Assembly (NCBI GenBank): GCA_026026165.1
Contig: JAPEUD010000051.1
Span: 62,001 to 126,000, forward strand
Direction of reading: 5' to 3'
DNA: 64,000 bases
From: Sarea resinae
Taxonomy: Eukaryota
Program-made: the position numbers and the translations under genes
Notes under the pieces: generated by a model
What the model saw: only the letters and a program-made list of their open reading frames with translations
Database searches by the model: none
What the model was told of the DNA's origin: nothing
In this document: positions 12,216-25,279 of the stretch, piece by piece
Layout of the letters: every line of letters begins with the position of its first letter
Numbering within the stretch: position 1 is the first letter of the stretch

Positions 12216-13601
12216 TCAAGCCGTGGCTTTCTCGTCATTACTCCAGCCGTATGTTGCCGCGAGTCTGCTCTTAAGGTGCTCCTCTGCGGTCAACACTCTC
12301 TCACTCTCGTGGCTTCCATTGGCCTTAGCTCTAGCTCTCACGACTGGACTCGGGACAGGGATCAACGGCGAATCGTTAACCGGATGGCAGAAGTAGGCAA
12401 TCGATTGTCGATATTCGCCACCTTTTCGCCCATCCGATGGGAAAATTACACGGTGTACCGTTGATCTTAGGAGTCCATCTGTCCAGTATGATAGTAGATC
12501 GCCAATGTTGATCACAATAGGTGGAACAGAGTCAGACTCTGTGCCGGCAGGGTTGACCGGCACAGCTGACCAAGTGTTGGCGGCCGTCAAGATCTCCAAG
12601 CCAGGTTGTCCTAGGCGCTGAAAAAGAAGAGTAATACTACCATAGTCGCTATGAGCACCCGCTCTAATATCGACGTTGGGAACATAGTCGGCGCCTTCGG
12701 GTATCGCCGGATACTATGACAGCGGAATCCGTAGTCAGCCTAGCCCTTTTCTCACGAAGCAGTGCTTCATGGATTCACTTACATGCAAAAGCCGCAAAAT
12801 CGACCCCGAGGGACCCTTTGTCGGGTCATGGCGAGAGGAAAACCAATCTTGTCCACCGTCTTCAGGCTCGATCTAAACATCACATATCAGCATATATTTT
12901 TCGTTCAGAGCAAATATTCTCGGTGGCTGAGACCTTTAAACCCAGGGCAAAGAGCTTGAGAATCTTGATGCAAAGACCGTGGCAGAGATTTGAAAAATAA
13001 TTCAACTCCTCTTCATGCCTTTCCAGGGCTTCTGGCAGCGGTTGTTGCGCTTTACCATTGACAAATTCGCCGAAATTGAATGCTCTGACCCGGTCAGCTC
13101 ATCTCGAATATTTTAAAAATAAGGATTTCTACCAACTCTTTGAAATCTCCTTTCTGCATAGAAATGTTAGATGATTTCCATTCTGCATTCTGTAGGGCAA
13201 TTTACACGCTGATTTCCTTGGTCTAGGACCTCTCGGTGCATAGAAGACCAGCCCCTGTTCTTTGAAGGCGAGCTACATAAGTCAGTCTTCTAGATTGTCC
13301 AGAAAGTATTTGCATACATCAGGCGTAATAGCACATTTGTCTTTCTCCTCGCGGCTGGAGCTAAAGAATTGTCGTGACTTCATGCCTTGATCAGCATGAC
13401 ACGATGACTCGGAGAATCGCTTGACTCTACCAATTCAAACATGCGGTCAATATCGTTTTGGGAGAAGCCGCTGCCCTGTGCTTTGATAAAAAGGAAGCCG
13501 TATTTGGAAGCAGCATCTACAATCTCATTTCCAGCACGGGCATCCGGGGTGGAAATGTCAATGACTGGAAGTCTGACGTCTTGTTCATCTATTGCGGACA
13601 T
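12216..13601 (-). CDS. 2-oxoglutarate/Fe(II)-dependent dioxygenase (DIOX_N + 2OG-FeII_Oxy); 7 exons
   Basis: LPVIDIS...YGFLFI, NRGW, GDFKEAFNF, RAGAHSDYGSITLLFQ (HxD), STVHRV (distal His) and RQSIAYF (RxS), assembled across 6 introns. Confidence 0.88.
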
Positions 13602-14172
13602 GTTGGTCGTAAGACAGCCCGAGCTGGTCGTGAAAGGGTCAACGTCAATAATATGCATCTACTTCGAGTACAGAAAGGCGAAGAGAGTTATCGTGAGGAG
13701 AGATCTCAGAGGAGGCATGATAAGATGCGGCGGGGGCCTGAGGAGGGAATCCATGTCAATTACGGGAGTACTACGAAGTACTCCGTAAAGTCGAGGCTAA
13801 ACTAATACACAGTACGTAGCCCATAACCCATGATTCGGTTATAGTTACCTTACCTCACCTCGTCCCTTCACAACTGCGTCCTGCGGTACTTCACACGACT
13901 CACCACTCGTACGGAGCACGAGTCTACGGTAAACAGTAAGTCTCCGAGAAGTAATTCAACCTCCGGCTCTCAGACCTTCCCTCAGCACCATCACAGTCTC
14001 AGGCAACGAAGTAATGAGATCCGACCTGTTCTTGTAATTCTGCGCTCTCGTTCTCTTGCTAGGACCTGTAGGCAGAGCCAATTCTCCTCTATACGCCCCG
14101 CAGGGCCTACAGGGGCAAAGGCTTTTGCCTCTTACAGCGTCTCCTGTGCGTTGAACAGTAACAGCCAGCAAC

Positions 14173-16777
14173 ATGGGAGGCAGTAAGTGAAAAGCCATAG
14201 CGATTGAGTCTCGATTTGCGCTGACAGAGCCACAGTCCGCACTTTCGATGAATGGTCTGTAGACCGCTGCCAGACCATTCCGTTCTCGGCTTTTCAAAAT
14301 GCCGTCATTGGCATCGAAGCTTCTCATTATCTCGATCGACTTCTCAGCACTCCCCCGTCGAAAGAGCCTCTGCTGTCAGCTCTGGGCGGCTCACCGTTTG
14401 CTCTGAGGGCCATCATCGAGAAGGAAGTTGAAAGCTTGCGCGAGGCGGGGATCACGGCCGTCTTTGTTTTCAATGGAATGGAAACCGTAAAAAAGGATAA
14501 GACCTTCAATGATATTAACAAGGCGGCACGTGCCAACGCACAGGCTTGGGAACACTACGACCAAAATCACGCTGAGCAAGCCGTCGAGACTTTTGGGAAA
14601 TCCGGTAAAGCTTCCAGATCTATTTCCTTTTGGCAATTGCTTATGGCCGTTCAGGGTCCGTCAAGCCAGAAAAGCTCTATCGATTCCTCCAAAGAATATT
14701 ACGAGAATCACACGTCGAGTTTCGGGTCGCACCTTACAGTGCTTGCGCCCAGGTACGAGTCCTTCTGCACTGTCGAGGGTGCAGGCTAGCCACTGACTGT
14801 CTAACAGCTAGCTTATCTCGACAAGCATCCCCTTCAATTCATTGATGCCATTGTGGGGTCCTCCGAATTGTTCCTTTTCGACGTCGACAAAATCATCACA
14901 AAGATTGACTTCCAACGATCACAGTTCACGTGGCTCAGTAAATCCGATTGTCTGGAGGATTTGGGGAAGATCTCGACGGATATTTTCATTGATGCGTGCT
15001 TGCTATCCGGCTCTTCATTCCTTCCTACGTTCCCTCCCCTCGAGAATCCTGCATTGTACAGAAAACCATTCAATATCCGGGATGTGGTGAATATGATCGT
15101 AGGTCTCGGAAGGACCGGGATCGCTGTATGTACTCACTATCAGGATGACGCCCAAGTACAACAAACGGATTACCTTGACAGCTTCAAACGCGCTCGAATG
15201 GGCATAAAGCATCACGTTGTCCTAGCCACGGAGGGAAAATACGAACCTCTCGATATTGAACATGCGCCATCCGATGTTCATGAGTTCATAGGACAACGTC
15301 TGCCCGAGGAACTTTACTTTTATCTTTCTGAAGGTGTTATCAGTCCTCGTGTATTGAACTGGCTCGTCTCTGGAGATATCCTTGAGACGCCCCCTTTGGA
15401 GAACGGCGAGGCCTCTGAGTACCAGCGGCTTGTCCGAGATCAGCTTACACCTATACGAACTCAAGCACTTTCGCTTCTATCTCAGTCACTACACCGATTC
15501 TATCAGCGCAAGGAAATCTATCTGCGGTTCTGGTTCGACAAGGGTGGCAGTAAATCCATTAATCTCAAAGATTTTCCATCCCCGAAAGAGTATATTTCAT
15601 CTTGGAATGTAAAGCAAGCTGTGCTGCAAGGTCAGCGCCATGAGACAGGGGTAAGTTTACCTACATGAAATACCTCAAACAGACTCGTACTGACATGTTC
15701 GCAGATCATTCCGGGTAGCCTCACATTCGCTGTCCAATGCTTGAATGATAAAGAGTTCGTGAGCAAGACTTTTGTATCTAAGAATCCCTCAACGGTATGT
15801 TTCGCCGTGCAGAATAAACCTTTCCGTTGCTGATGAAGACCAGTTGCTTAAGTCCGAGGATGAGGTGTTGTCCAACACTCTCTTTCGCTTTTTGCAGCTC
15901 CGAGGGTACGTGGATGCTAAACATAACTTGACAAGCTGGGGAAAAGCTCTTCGTGCCGCATTGGCTGCTCTCAACCCGGCGGACCACTTAGAAGAAGCCG
16001 TCTTCGTCGCAATTGAGCTTCTACGGCTAGACATTCTCAACGCAAATGAGATGTTCCCGTCATATTCCGGGGCTCCTATGCGAGGATCAGGTGCCCGACC
16101 ATTGCTCTTCAGTAAAGTAGTCAAAATGACTAATACATTTACAGAGACCGACAAACGCAATTGCCTTCTCATATCCAGACTCGCCTGTCTAGGAAAGCTT
16201 CGGCATAAATCAATTGGATTCGCAGGTCCTCTGAGCCGGCATCTTCTCGCATACCACACCATAGTCTCTGCTGTCCGTAACAGTCTTCGAGACCTTCTAG
16301 ACATCAGTCTCGTTACCCTCTTGCTTAATGGCGACGCAGATAGAGACCGTGATGACTGGATAGATTTGGGTCTTGAGTTCGTCATTCCTAGACCCTTTCC
16401 TGTGTTTTCACGCGCCTGACACATTGACAGCCTTCCCTTCGTTGAGGACACCGACTGTGGACTGGGCATAGCTGTTAAATCCTACCTGGACGAGCTGATG
16501 GCCCAACCCGACCCGACCTCTCCCGCCACCAGAGATACTGTCAAAGCTAAAGGGCCTAACGAGTGGTTTTGGCATGTCGTCGACTTCACGGGTGACCTTG
16601 AGATCGCTTTCAGGCTATGGGATGCTGTGAGTCTAGTCTCCTTTATTTGTGCCTCATCATATCAGTAGCTTATCCGTCCCCTCTTAGGTCTTCAAAGGTG
16701 TTCAAGCCGCAGGCTCAGACGTCAAGGATTCCACCATGTGGGCTGATGCCGATGCCTGGCTCGCACAACGCCGATGA
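14173..16777 (+). CDS. MKT1: Mkt1-like XPG/PIN-domain post-transcriptional regulator; multi-exon
   Basis: IGIEASHYL...EPLLSALGGSPF, APYSACAQLAYL, DVHEFIGQRLPEELYFYLS, GPLSRHLLAY. ATG GGA GGC A|gtaagt at the start; TGA at 16775-16777. Confidence 0.88.
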
Positions 16778-17716
16778 TGAAGCAACTTTTCCTCGGGCGT
16801 GATAATCTGAGGTCGTATACAGTACAGCTGCTACTGCAAGTCCGAAACGCAGATCCTTGACTTTAACCTGCCTGAGATGAATTCAATGACTTCAAGACGA
16901 CCCTGAATAAGGACAGTGTCCGCGCCGGCCCTCTGCAGCAGAGCCTTTACTGCAATGGCCGCCTGTTTCTCTCTCACCCACAAGAGAAAGACCATGATAC
17001 TTGTCAACTCGCTCAACTCGAATCAAAAAGATTAAAAAAAAAAACAGTGGGCCAGACAGAAATATGGGGAGCATCCTGGAACATGTCATGTGTGAGACCG
17101 GCTGGTTGTCGGCATTGCGCGGCGAAAGAACAGGAAGTTGGCTCTACATAGCAAACGGGGTTTGCACAGGTAGCTACTGGATCGGAATTCCTCACACCCG
17201 GAATTTATCAGGGTGATATCATGGATGTCGAATGGGTTGGTGGGGGATGGTGGAGTCGTAGATAGAGCCAGACGGAATAAAAAAGCAATCCAAATTCCTT
17301 CTCCGTACGATATGGTAGGGATCATTTGTCTCTGGTGGTGCATTACGTGAATCCCATTGAGCTAGTTGCTTTTTAGTATGCGAGTTTTGCTACCTAGGAC
17401 ACTTGCTTGGATGGCAGGACGCTCCATGTCAGAGGGGGCGATGCGCTCTTCCGTCCGTCTCCGACAGAACCACAGACATCGGAGAGGCACGGAAGAGAGA
17501 TGAGCAGCAATGAAAGACGTAAAAAGGCCACGGAGTCGGAAAAAGAAAAAGAAAAGGAACAGAGAGAGAGAGAGCTCCAGTCGAGCTCCTACTACACGTC
17601 ATGTCACGGCATCTAAGCAGTGGCCGACCGCCCATGCCCGCCCGCCCATGCCCGCCAACCATCTCACGGCCCACGAAACCGGACCGCGAAGTTTCCGCAA
17701 AGGGGCAGAACACATA

Positions 17717-17772
17717 CGCCTTCACGCCTTCACGTCTTCACGCCTTCAAGCCTTTCAAGCCTTTCAAGCCTT
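17717..17772. repeat. Tandem 9-mer/8-mer repeats overlapping the EBP2 stop codon
   Basis: Minus strand reads (AAGGCTTGA)x3, then about 3-4 copies of the related 8-mer AGGCGTGA. Confidence 0.8.
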
Positions 17773-19334
17773 AGTCTTCCGTCGACTCTTACCCAACCTC
17801 TGGCCACTGCCACCTCCGCCTTTGCCGCCGCCACTGCCGCCTTTCCTATCACCGGGGCCCCGGCCCTTCATCTTGCCGACGGAGAAGCCCGACATGTCGG
17901 CGCTGGAGGCGGCGTCGCCCGACTTGGAGAAGCGCTTCTTGCCGCCGAAGCCGAATTTCTGGTCGCGTTTCTGGCGCTTGTTTTGGTCGGTGGGCTTGCC
18001 GCCGGCGCGTGACGGTCTGGAGTCCTTGTTGTTGGGCGGGGCGCGCGATGAGACGGCGTTGTCGAGGGCGACGTCGAAGAGGTCGTTGGCTTCGTTTTCG
18101 CCGGCGTCGGCGGAGTTGTCGCCGGATTGTCGTTCTGGAGAGAGAGAGAGAAGAGAGGTTAGCGTGATGGGAGGTCTTGGTATAGGGACATGTTTGGTCG
18201 GGGAAGGAGAGGGGAAAAGGGAAAAGGCAAAAGAAGGGGGCACATACTTCTCTTCAAGACCTTGATCTTGTCCAAGGTCTCGCGCTTCGCCTTGTCGCGC
18301 TCCTGCAGTTTGGCCACCTGGACCTGCTTCCCGAATTTCTTGAGATCTCGCTGCTTGCGGGCGTCGGCGCTGGCCTTCTTGCGCGCGGCCTCGTCGACCA
18401 TCTTGGCCCGGATCTTGCCCATGTGCTCGTCCGACTTGACCATCTCGGCGAAGAAGTCCGTCGGCCGGCTGAAGGGGACCTTCTCTTTCTTCAGCAGCGA
18501 GCGCGCCGTCTGCGCCGCCGTGAGCGATTGCTTGTAGAATGCGAGTTCGCGCGTGAGGTCGTCGTCGATGGAGGGGATGGCGGTCGGGGTCGTGGAGGTG
18601 ACGGATTGGTGGGCGGAGAAGGGGAGCGAGGCGTAGGGGAGGGAGATGGAGGACAGAGCGGAGAGGAGCGCGGTGGTGTTGTTTATCGTGAGGCGTTGGT
18701 GCGGGATCATGTCTGCCTTTTCCGAGTCGGAGAGGTCGGAGAGGTCGCTGAGAGGGATGTCGTCTTCTTCTTCTGCTTCTTCATCGTCCTCGTCCTCGTC
18801 TTTTTCTTCTGCGTTCTCTGCTGCATTGGTAGAGTCGATTTTGGCGACATCAATTTCCTCATCTTCGTCATCCTCGCCGGAGCTTGAACTGTCGGTGTCG
18901 TCGAGACCAGCGATATCAATCTAAAAAAGCCCGATTCCATTAACATGGAGCTCTGATGTAGTATAGAAACGCGCAGTACTCACAGTCCCCGCCTCCTCGC
19001 CCTCGTTACTCTCATCACTCTCCCACTGCTCTTCTGCATCCTCGACCTTCCCATTCAGCTTCACGCCTCCAAGCTCGTTCGCATCACCGTTCAGCTTGAC
19101 ACCACCTGCCTTCTTATTTTTTGAATCGCCCTTGGCCTTCCCAGCCTTAGCCTTCAGCTCGCCCTGCTTCGGTTCCCCAACCCGATCGGCCTCGGCACGC
19201 GGCGGCGGCTTCAGACCCTCTCTCTTCTTCTTCCGCTTCTCGGCCTCCTTCTGATATTTGGCCTGTTTCTTGACCTTGTGATCGACGCCCTTGTGCGCCT
19301 CGAGGGCCGACTTCAACGTCTTGCCGCGGCCCAT
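17764..19334 (-). CDS. EBP2: rRNA-processing protein Ebp2; 3 exons
   Basis: DDDLTRELAFYKQ, RPTDFFAEMVKSDEHMGKI, DLKKFGKQVQVAK, KFGFGGKKRFSKSGD. Confidence 0.93.
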
Positions 19335-19406
19335 GGTGGCAGACGTTGGTGCTTGGCGGGTGAATTGGGTAGAGCTTGCGTTCGTGGGACGAGGTTGGCT
19401 TGGGTC

Positions 19407-19430
19407 GGTGGTGGTGGTGGTGGTGGTGGT
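19407..19430. repeat. (GGT)8 microsatellite upstream of EBP2
   Basis: Direct inspection. Confidence 0.85.
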
Positions 19431-19761
19431 GTCGACCTGTTCGAGCGGCCTTATCGTTCTCCCACAGTATTTTGTTCTTGTTCGAGTCGAAACTTTTCGC
19501 GTAGGGAGAGCGAGAGAGGTCGAGGCCGGGGATACGTTTTCCCGATGGCCGGCCGCTCTTGTACCCGTGGACCTGAGGTACAGTCCACTATGGAGAGCGG
19601 GCACTCACAGGTACCGAATCCAATCTGGGCACTGACGATATCAACAGATAGATCAGGAGGAGCGAGAGAGAGAGCGCGCAAAGCACACACGCCTACGAAA
19701 GACTTACTGCCTCGAGCTTCAACAGAGAACGAAAGGGAGACTTCTCACAAGCAGGCTCTCC

Positions 19762-20199
19762 ATGTCCACCACCACCACATCTGATGCAGCCCCTCCGGCC
19801 ACAACAGACCCCGTACGCAACCCCAATGTCTACCCTACCAAAGGAATGTCGCTGCTGACGACAACGTACATGCAGAACACCGAAGATGCACCCGCCGAGC
19901 TGTCGGCCGTCGTAGACGAGTTGCTGAATAGTCTGTCGACAAAGTTCTCGTCCGTGAGCAAGGACATCTTGGAGAAGAGTGCGTCTTGCCCTTTCAGACG
20001 TACATGCGTGCATACATCTATCCAGCTATTGTTCCGTCCGATATGGCTTGTCCGCCGGAGACACGGCTGACCCATCTTCGCGTTCTGTACAGTGGACGAC
20101 ATGTCCCGACGGCTGGACAGTCTCGAGGCTACGATACAAGGGGGAAATGGAAACGGCAATAGCGGTGCAGGGGAGTCGGCCAGTGGTCAAGGGAAATAG
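19762..20199 (+). CDS. Heat shock factor-binding protein 1 (HSBP1 family) small coiled-coil protein; 3 exons
   Basis: Spliced: ...AELSAVVDELLNSLSTKFSSVSKDILEK|MDDMSRRLDSLEATI..., the typical HSBP1 pattern; divergent from EBP2. Confidence 0.85.
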
Positions 20200-20428
20200 A
20201 ATGGGTCTGGTTCATGGTCATCTCTGGGATTGCGGGCGTTCTGGCGCGCCCGATTGCAAGCACCGATAACAGGACGGAGCGATCGCATTACTTTGTTCAT
20301 GAGCAGACACAAGCTTAGGTACAGACAAATCAAGCATGACATTCATTGTGATTGATTCAGTGGCTTTATTTCACATGCAATTCGTACACCTTCGCGAGCA
20401 ACAGCCAAACGATCCCATCAGCCTTCCT

Positions 20429-21579
20429 TCACAGCTCATCCTTGGCCTCCTCTTCCGTGCCGGCGAATTTCTTCAGGATGTTCGAGCGCGAGGTCAGGTC
20501 GTCGATCTTCTCGGGAGCCAGACCGCCCTTGTTGAGCAGTCCCTGCAGTCTCGCGAGCTCCTTTTGCGCATACGCCTTGTTCTTGGCGAGCTTGTCGAAG
20601 ACCTTGACGTAGTACTCGGCGTACTTGTCCTGGAGACCCTGGGCGGCCTTCTTGGCCTCCTTGGAGATCGAGTCGATGCTGCCGCCGTTGGTCAGCTTCG
20701 AGACGACGGCGTCCAGGATCTCGACGGTGCCGGCCTTGGCGTCAAGGCCTCCGCCGACGATGCGGTGGGTGCCGGCGTTGACGTTGAGGAAGTTGACAAA
20801 GTCCTTCTCGGTTCGTCCGCCTTCGTAGGCTTTGGGTTCCGTGGATCCGGCGGGGAAATATTTGATGGTGGGGTATGATTTGATGCCCTGGGACTGGGCG
20901 AGCGCCTTTGCGTTGTCTGCTTCAGCATCGACCTTGGCGATGAGGACCGAGGGCTCCGAGGCAAAGTCACTGGCTACAGTTTCCCAAATTGGGGCAAGAG
21001 ATTTGCAGTCTAGGCAGAACGTTAGCAAGGCTCATCATCGGAAGTTGGGAGAGTTCACTCACGTCCGCACCACGGCGCGGTGAAAGCAACGAGGACGTGC
21101 TTATCACCGCCAACTTCCTGGGCGAAGCTCTGATCATTCAGCATCTCCACCTGACTGGGCAGCACCTTCTTCGTCTTCGGCTTGATGCCCGTCTTCTCCG
21201 TGATGAATTTCGTCAGACTGTCCAGATCCCGCCCACTGTTATACTCGACAGGGTCGCCGCCCTTGCCATCGAACCACTTGATCGTCGGGAAACCCTGGAC
21301 GCCGAACTGTTGGCCTAGACTCCGGTGGTCGTCGGCATCGACCTTCCCAATGACCAGCTTATCCTTGGCGAACTCGAAATGTTGAGCCAGCTCCTCGTAG
21401 ACGGGGGCGAGGTTCTTGCAATGCCCACACCAGGGGGCAAAGAACTCGACGAGGGCGGGCTTCCCGGACTTGAGAACGACACTGTCGAAGTTGTCGGGGA
21501 TCAGGTCCAACACCGCCGATGCAGCATTGGCCCCAAGGACCGCGAGGGAGGAGACGAGAAGAGAGCTGAGGCGGACCAT
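20429..21579 (-). CDS. tigA: Protein disulfide isomerase, TigA/ERp38 type (two thioredoxin domains + ERp29-like C-terminus); 2 exons
   Basis: Signal peptide, two APWCGHCK motifs (the second split by an intron), C-terminal KDEL. Confidence 0.92.
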
Positions 21580-22417
21580 GATTGCAGAGCTTCAGACTAG
21601 GGTCCACGGCGCGTATACGGATAACAAGCAAGTGGAAGCCTCTGAGATCGAGGGCTGCTTCGTTAGAAATAAGAAGGACAGGTCTAGCGATTGCTGAGAA
21701 ATCGAGCTTCCCAGATATGCTAAGATTAGCTTGAACGTCGAGGATAAGGGAAAGGACACAGTATCCATGATCAGGGGGCCGCGCGGTTACGTAGCGCCAT
21801 GACGGCTCGCCTAAGGCCCGTTGAGAGGCGAGCGATCATAATTTGCCGCCCGTCTCGGCCCCATTCTGGATACATTGGATGTACTTCGTTTTACATTTCA
21901 AGGATTTATCAGGATAATAGATTAAAGGATCTAGGAATAGGGTATGTCTAAGTTCAAAAGTCAGACTTCACTGTGTGATTAATAGTCCCTTACCTTGCTT
22001 GCTACTGCTGTTCTACTCTGCTTTTAGATTATAAGAATATCAAGCGTTTAATACATAGCAATTTGCATTCTTCGAGGCCATCTGCAAAGTACAACAATTA
22101 CAAGACAAGACAGCGTCGATTTATCTATATAAAAGTACAATAATTGGATTCTCAGCATCAACATTCAAAGCCACTTGGTATCCAAGATCCTTCCACCCAT
22201 TTCCAGACAAAGAAGAAAATACGAGCGCCAATGATTAGCAAGATCCAACCGACCGATCCGAACGATCCGTAGCAAACATGATAACGTTTTGTCATCACAG
22301 TCCGTGTCCAGACTCCAGGATATCTGTCAATAGAAAAGTAGAGCCAAGCCTGACCCTACTACTCCCCCATCCGCCGAAAATACCGTGACATGGATTTCGT
22401 TAAAGAGACCATAGAGC

Positions 22418-24388
22418 TTAATAATGACGCCTAATCGGCTTTGGGAACTGCACCGCATCCTCTGAAGCTCCGTTTGTTATGATGTGATGATGGCTAATGG
22501 AGCGGGGAGATTCGCCAGGAGGTTCATCAGGAGACTGAGGCATCGACGCCATCTCGCCACGAATCGCAGCTGATCTGTCGGTCTTGTGGCCTGCGAGGCT
22601 GCTAGATGAAGCTTCTTCTTTGACCACCTCCTCAAGCTCGGCAAGTTCTTCTGCACGGGTAAGGGGTTCTGTGGCGGCCATTTCGCGGATACGGTCAAGG
22701 AGATGGCTGATTTGGATACAAGTCAGTTTTAATCTTTGGAGCGGACGACAAGACGCATTAAAGACAGACGAACCTGACAGGTAAGTGGGGACGTTGCTCC
22801 TTAAGGACAAGAGTCAATTGATCCTCGCTATTGTGATTTGCCTTGCCGCCATCATCGTCACCCTCGAAAGCGTGCGCATCAATATGCTCCTGTACTCTCT
22901 CTCGGCCCGGCTCTGTACTGGCATCACAGACCTTATGAGCGCACGTATCGAACGGGCAATGCCAGATGTCGGTGTATTCGTCAGGACTCGTGGAGAGAAT
23001 GGCATCTTCGACGAGGGTAAACGGAGGCGGCTCGGTGACACCGTCAAGCGTCTTCCACTTAAGAGGGATTGAATCTTCGAGTTGTTCTTCCTCTGTCTTG
23101 GGTACCACGGACGAACGTGAAGAGGAGGATGCTCCTCCCTCAGGGGTGGGGTAGGTTTCATATGTGCGTTTACGGGCAGGCGCATCAGGGGATGGATCGG
23201 ATTGCTTCCGCTTTAGCCCCGGTTCGTCGACGTCCATGGCATCGGTATAGATATCATTATGCCCCTCGTCCGAGTCCATGGGGCCACCGCGTCGACCAAC
23301 CGCCTTATTGGAGTAACGGTAGCTCTTGGGCCTTAGGGTGGATTTGCCCTTTTGAGACTTGCGTCCATGGCGTGTCTCGCCCTCTTCATCAGAGTCCAGA
23401 GTTGGCGTAACATTCTCTTCGTCAAGAGTAACTGATTGACCATTGCGTGACTTTGCGCTCGGCATGTCCTCGGTCTCACGATCGGCCCATTCCTCGAGTC
23501 CTTGTTGCCTTACTATTGCTCTCTGGGCAGCGAAGTCCGCCTTGGCCATGTCAGCAAAAGCTCAATCATAAGGAGATGTAGAGGACATACCGGAAACCTT
23601 TCTTGCATATGCTTATAAAAGGGTGCAGACGACCATGCAATACCGTCTTTGCCCCCCAGCATGGCCCTGATTATGAACTCTCGGTGAGCATAGAAAAGCT
23701 CGGCGGCTGCTTCCGCATTTTGAATAGAAGTCTTTGGATTCTCAGCGTACTAGATGGTTTCATTGTCAGCGAATTCAGCGAGAACAGTGACCGGGAAAAC
23801 CTACACGCTGGAATATGAGTTCCGCCGAGCCCTTCAATCCTTTCTTGCCCTTCTTTCTGCCCATCGCCTTGTATTTATCCACCAGGAAGTAGAGGAGATT
23901 AAGGGCCAGTATCATCTCATTGTAGATGGCCTTGTACTCACGGGCGGGTCTAATCTCGAACCAGCCTGCATCGCTGGCGGCCCAAATAGCGAGCTGTTCA
24001 TCTTCATATTGGCCGTAAGCAAAGTAATCGACGTTGGTCAACTTGAGACGCGTTGAGGGAGTGAGTGCTGTCCGAGATCGTACTGTAGCAAAGCTTGCGT
24101 TATTAGCTTTCAATGTCAAGGTGCAAGGTGAGAGGCGCGGGATGAGACACGAGAGGTGAGCGCACCTTGTTTCTTCAGGTTCTCAGGCACGCCGCAGAGA
24201 CGACCGACGACCGTAACAGGCCTGCTTTTATCGGCGAGGAAGAGACTTGTCAGATCTCTGTCGTTGTCGGCAGGATGAACGGTCACGTTGGAAAGCTTGA
24301 ACTCTGGCCAATCACCGTCGTGGCGCCGAAGATCCTCAGGCATCGGATAGAGTATTTCGCCCGCATCGACGATCGTAAACCCACCCAT
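22418..24388 (-). CDS. DNMT1-RFD (replication-foci domain) protein, Raf2-like, with a C-terminal C2H2-like motif; 5 exons
   Basis: WPEFKLSNVTV...YFAYGQYEDEQLAIWAASDAGWFEIRPAREYKAIYNEM resembles the RFD pattern; WHCPFDTC...EHIDAH. No methyltransferase motifs. Start in good context (gccgcaATGG). Confidence 0.7.
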
Positions 24389-25279
24389 TGCGGCGTCGCC
24401 AGAGGGGTCAAGTGAGTCGAAAGTGGCTTCTGGCCGCGGGCCGCCCTCGAGTGCAATCGCGTAGTATGTATTCGAGAGCGAAGCCAAATCGTTGCAGCTT
24501 GAAGTTCAGATACATGAGTGGGTCGCCAGGGAGACTGAGGAGCGGCCCAGAGTTGGCCAGATCATCTTACTCCAGAAAAGCGCAAGTGAGAGGTCACTAT
24601 CATTGAGCAGCAAGAGCGCGACGAGGCGGGCGAGCTGGAGGAGGAGCCGAGGTGTACTCTAGGGCTGCCCGCGGTACTGCAGTAAGGAAAGGTCGGCTAT
24701 CTTAGCGGGGGGCCCAATGAGGTCTAGCGGGATCTGCCTTCAATTGAGAGGAAGAGCTTTCGGAGAAAGGTTGATCCGCATCTATTGATCCATTCCCGTC
24801 CCGTTCGATGTCTGCCAGCCCCGGAGGTCAGACTGCCATTCACCACAAGTGTTTCTCGAAGAGCAGTGACCTGATATACGATCCCGTGATGGCCGTCAAT
24901 AGATTCACATCGCAGCATCGCAACTTGTAATGTCGAGCTGGCTCATTATAGAAAGCATGTTAGATGTGATGACCTTCACCCCCACACCAGCAAAAGAGCT
25001 TAGCTCTTAATTTTGACTGGGGAAGATCTGAGGAATACGTGCGATTCCCTCTACCGTCCTCGTACTTGAAACAGCAACTCATCTTCAAAGTAAGGGCTAA
25101 AGTATCGCCTTGCCCTAGGGTGAGCTCAGGGAACGGGGTCTGCTAAGCGGGAGGCGGGCAACTGCGAGGTCCATTTTACAGACGGACGACTCATTAGGTA
25201 CGAGACAAGGTGCAGATCAATGAAAGACAGATTATCCGACAACCGATCACATAGAACTTTGGAAGGTCAGGTACCTTCT

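Noticed and set aside
12216..13601. Secondary-metabolite cluster around the 2OG oxygenase
   Set aside because: Flanking genes are housekeeping; no PKS, NRPS, terpene synthase or cluster regulator in the window.
17510..18887. Long plus-strand ORFs opposite EBP2 (likewise opposite PUS4, PDI, SPB1, IRS4 and ADAL)
   Set aside because: Antisense shadows caused by high GC3 in the real genes; no recognisable domains.
21745..21770. UPR element upstream of the PDI gene (rc TACTGTGTCCT)
   Set aside because: Only a partial match to the remembered HacA consensus; too weak to call.
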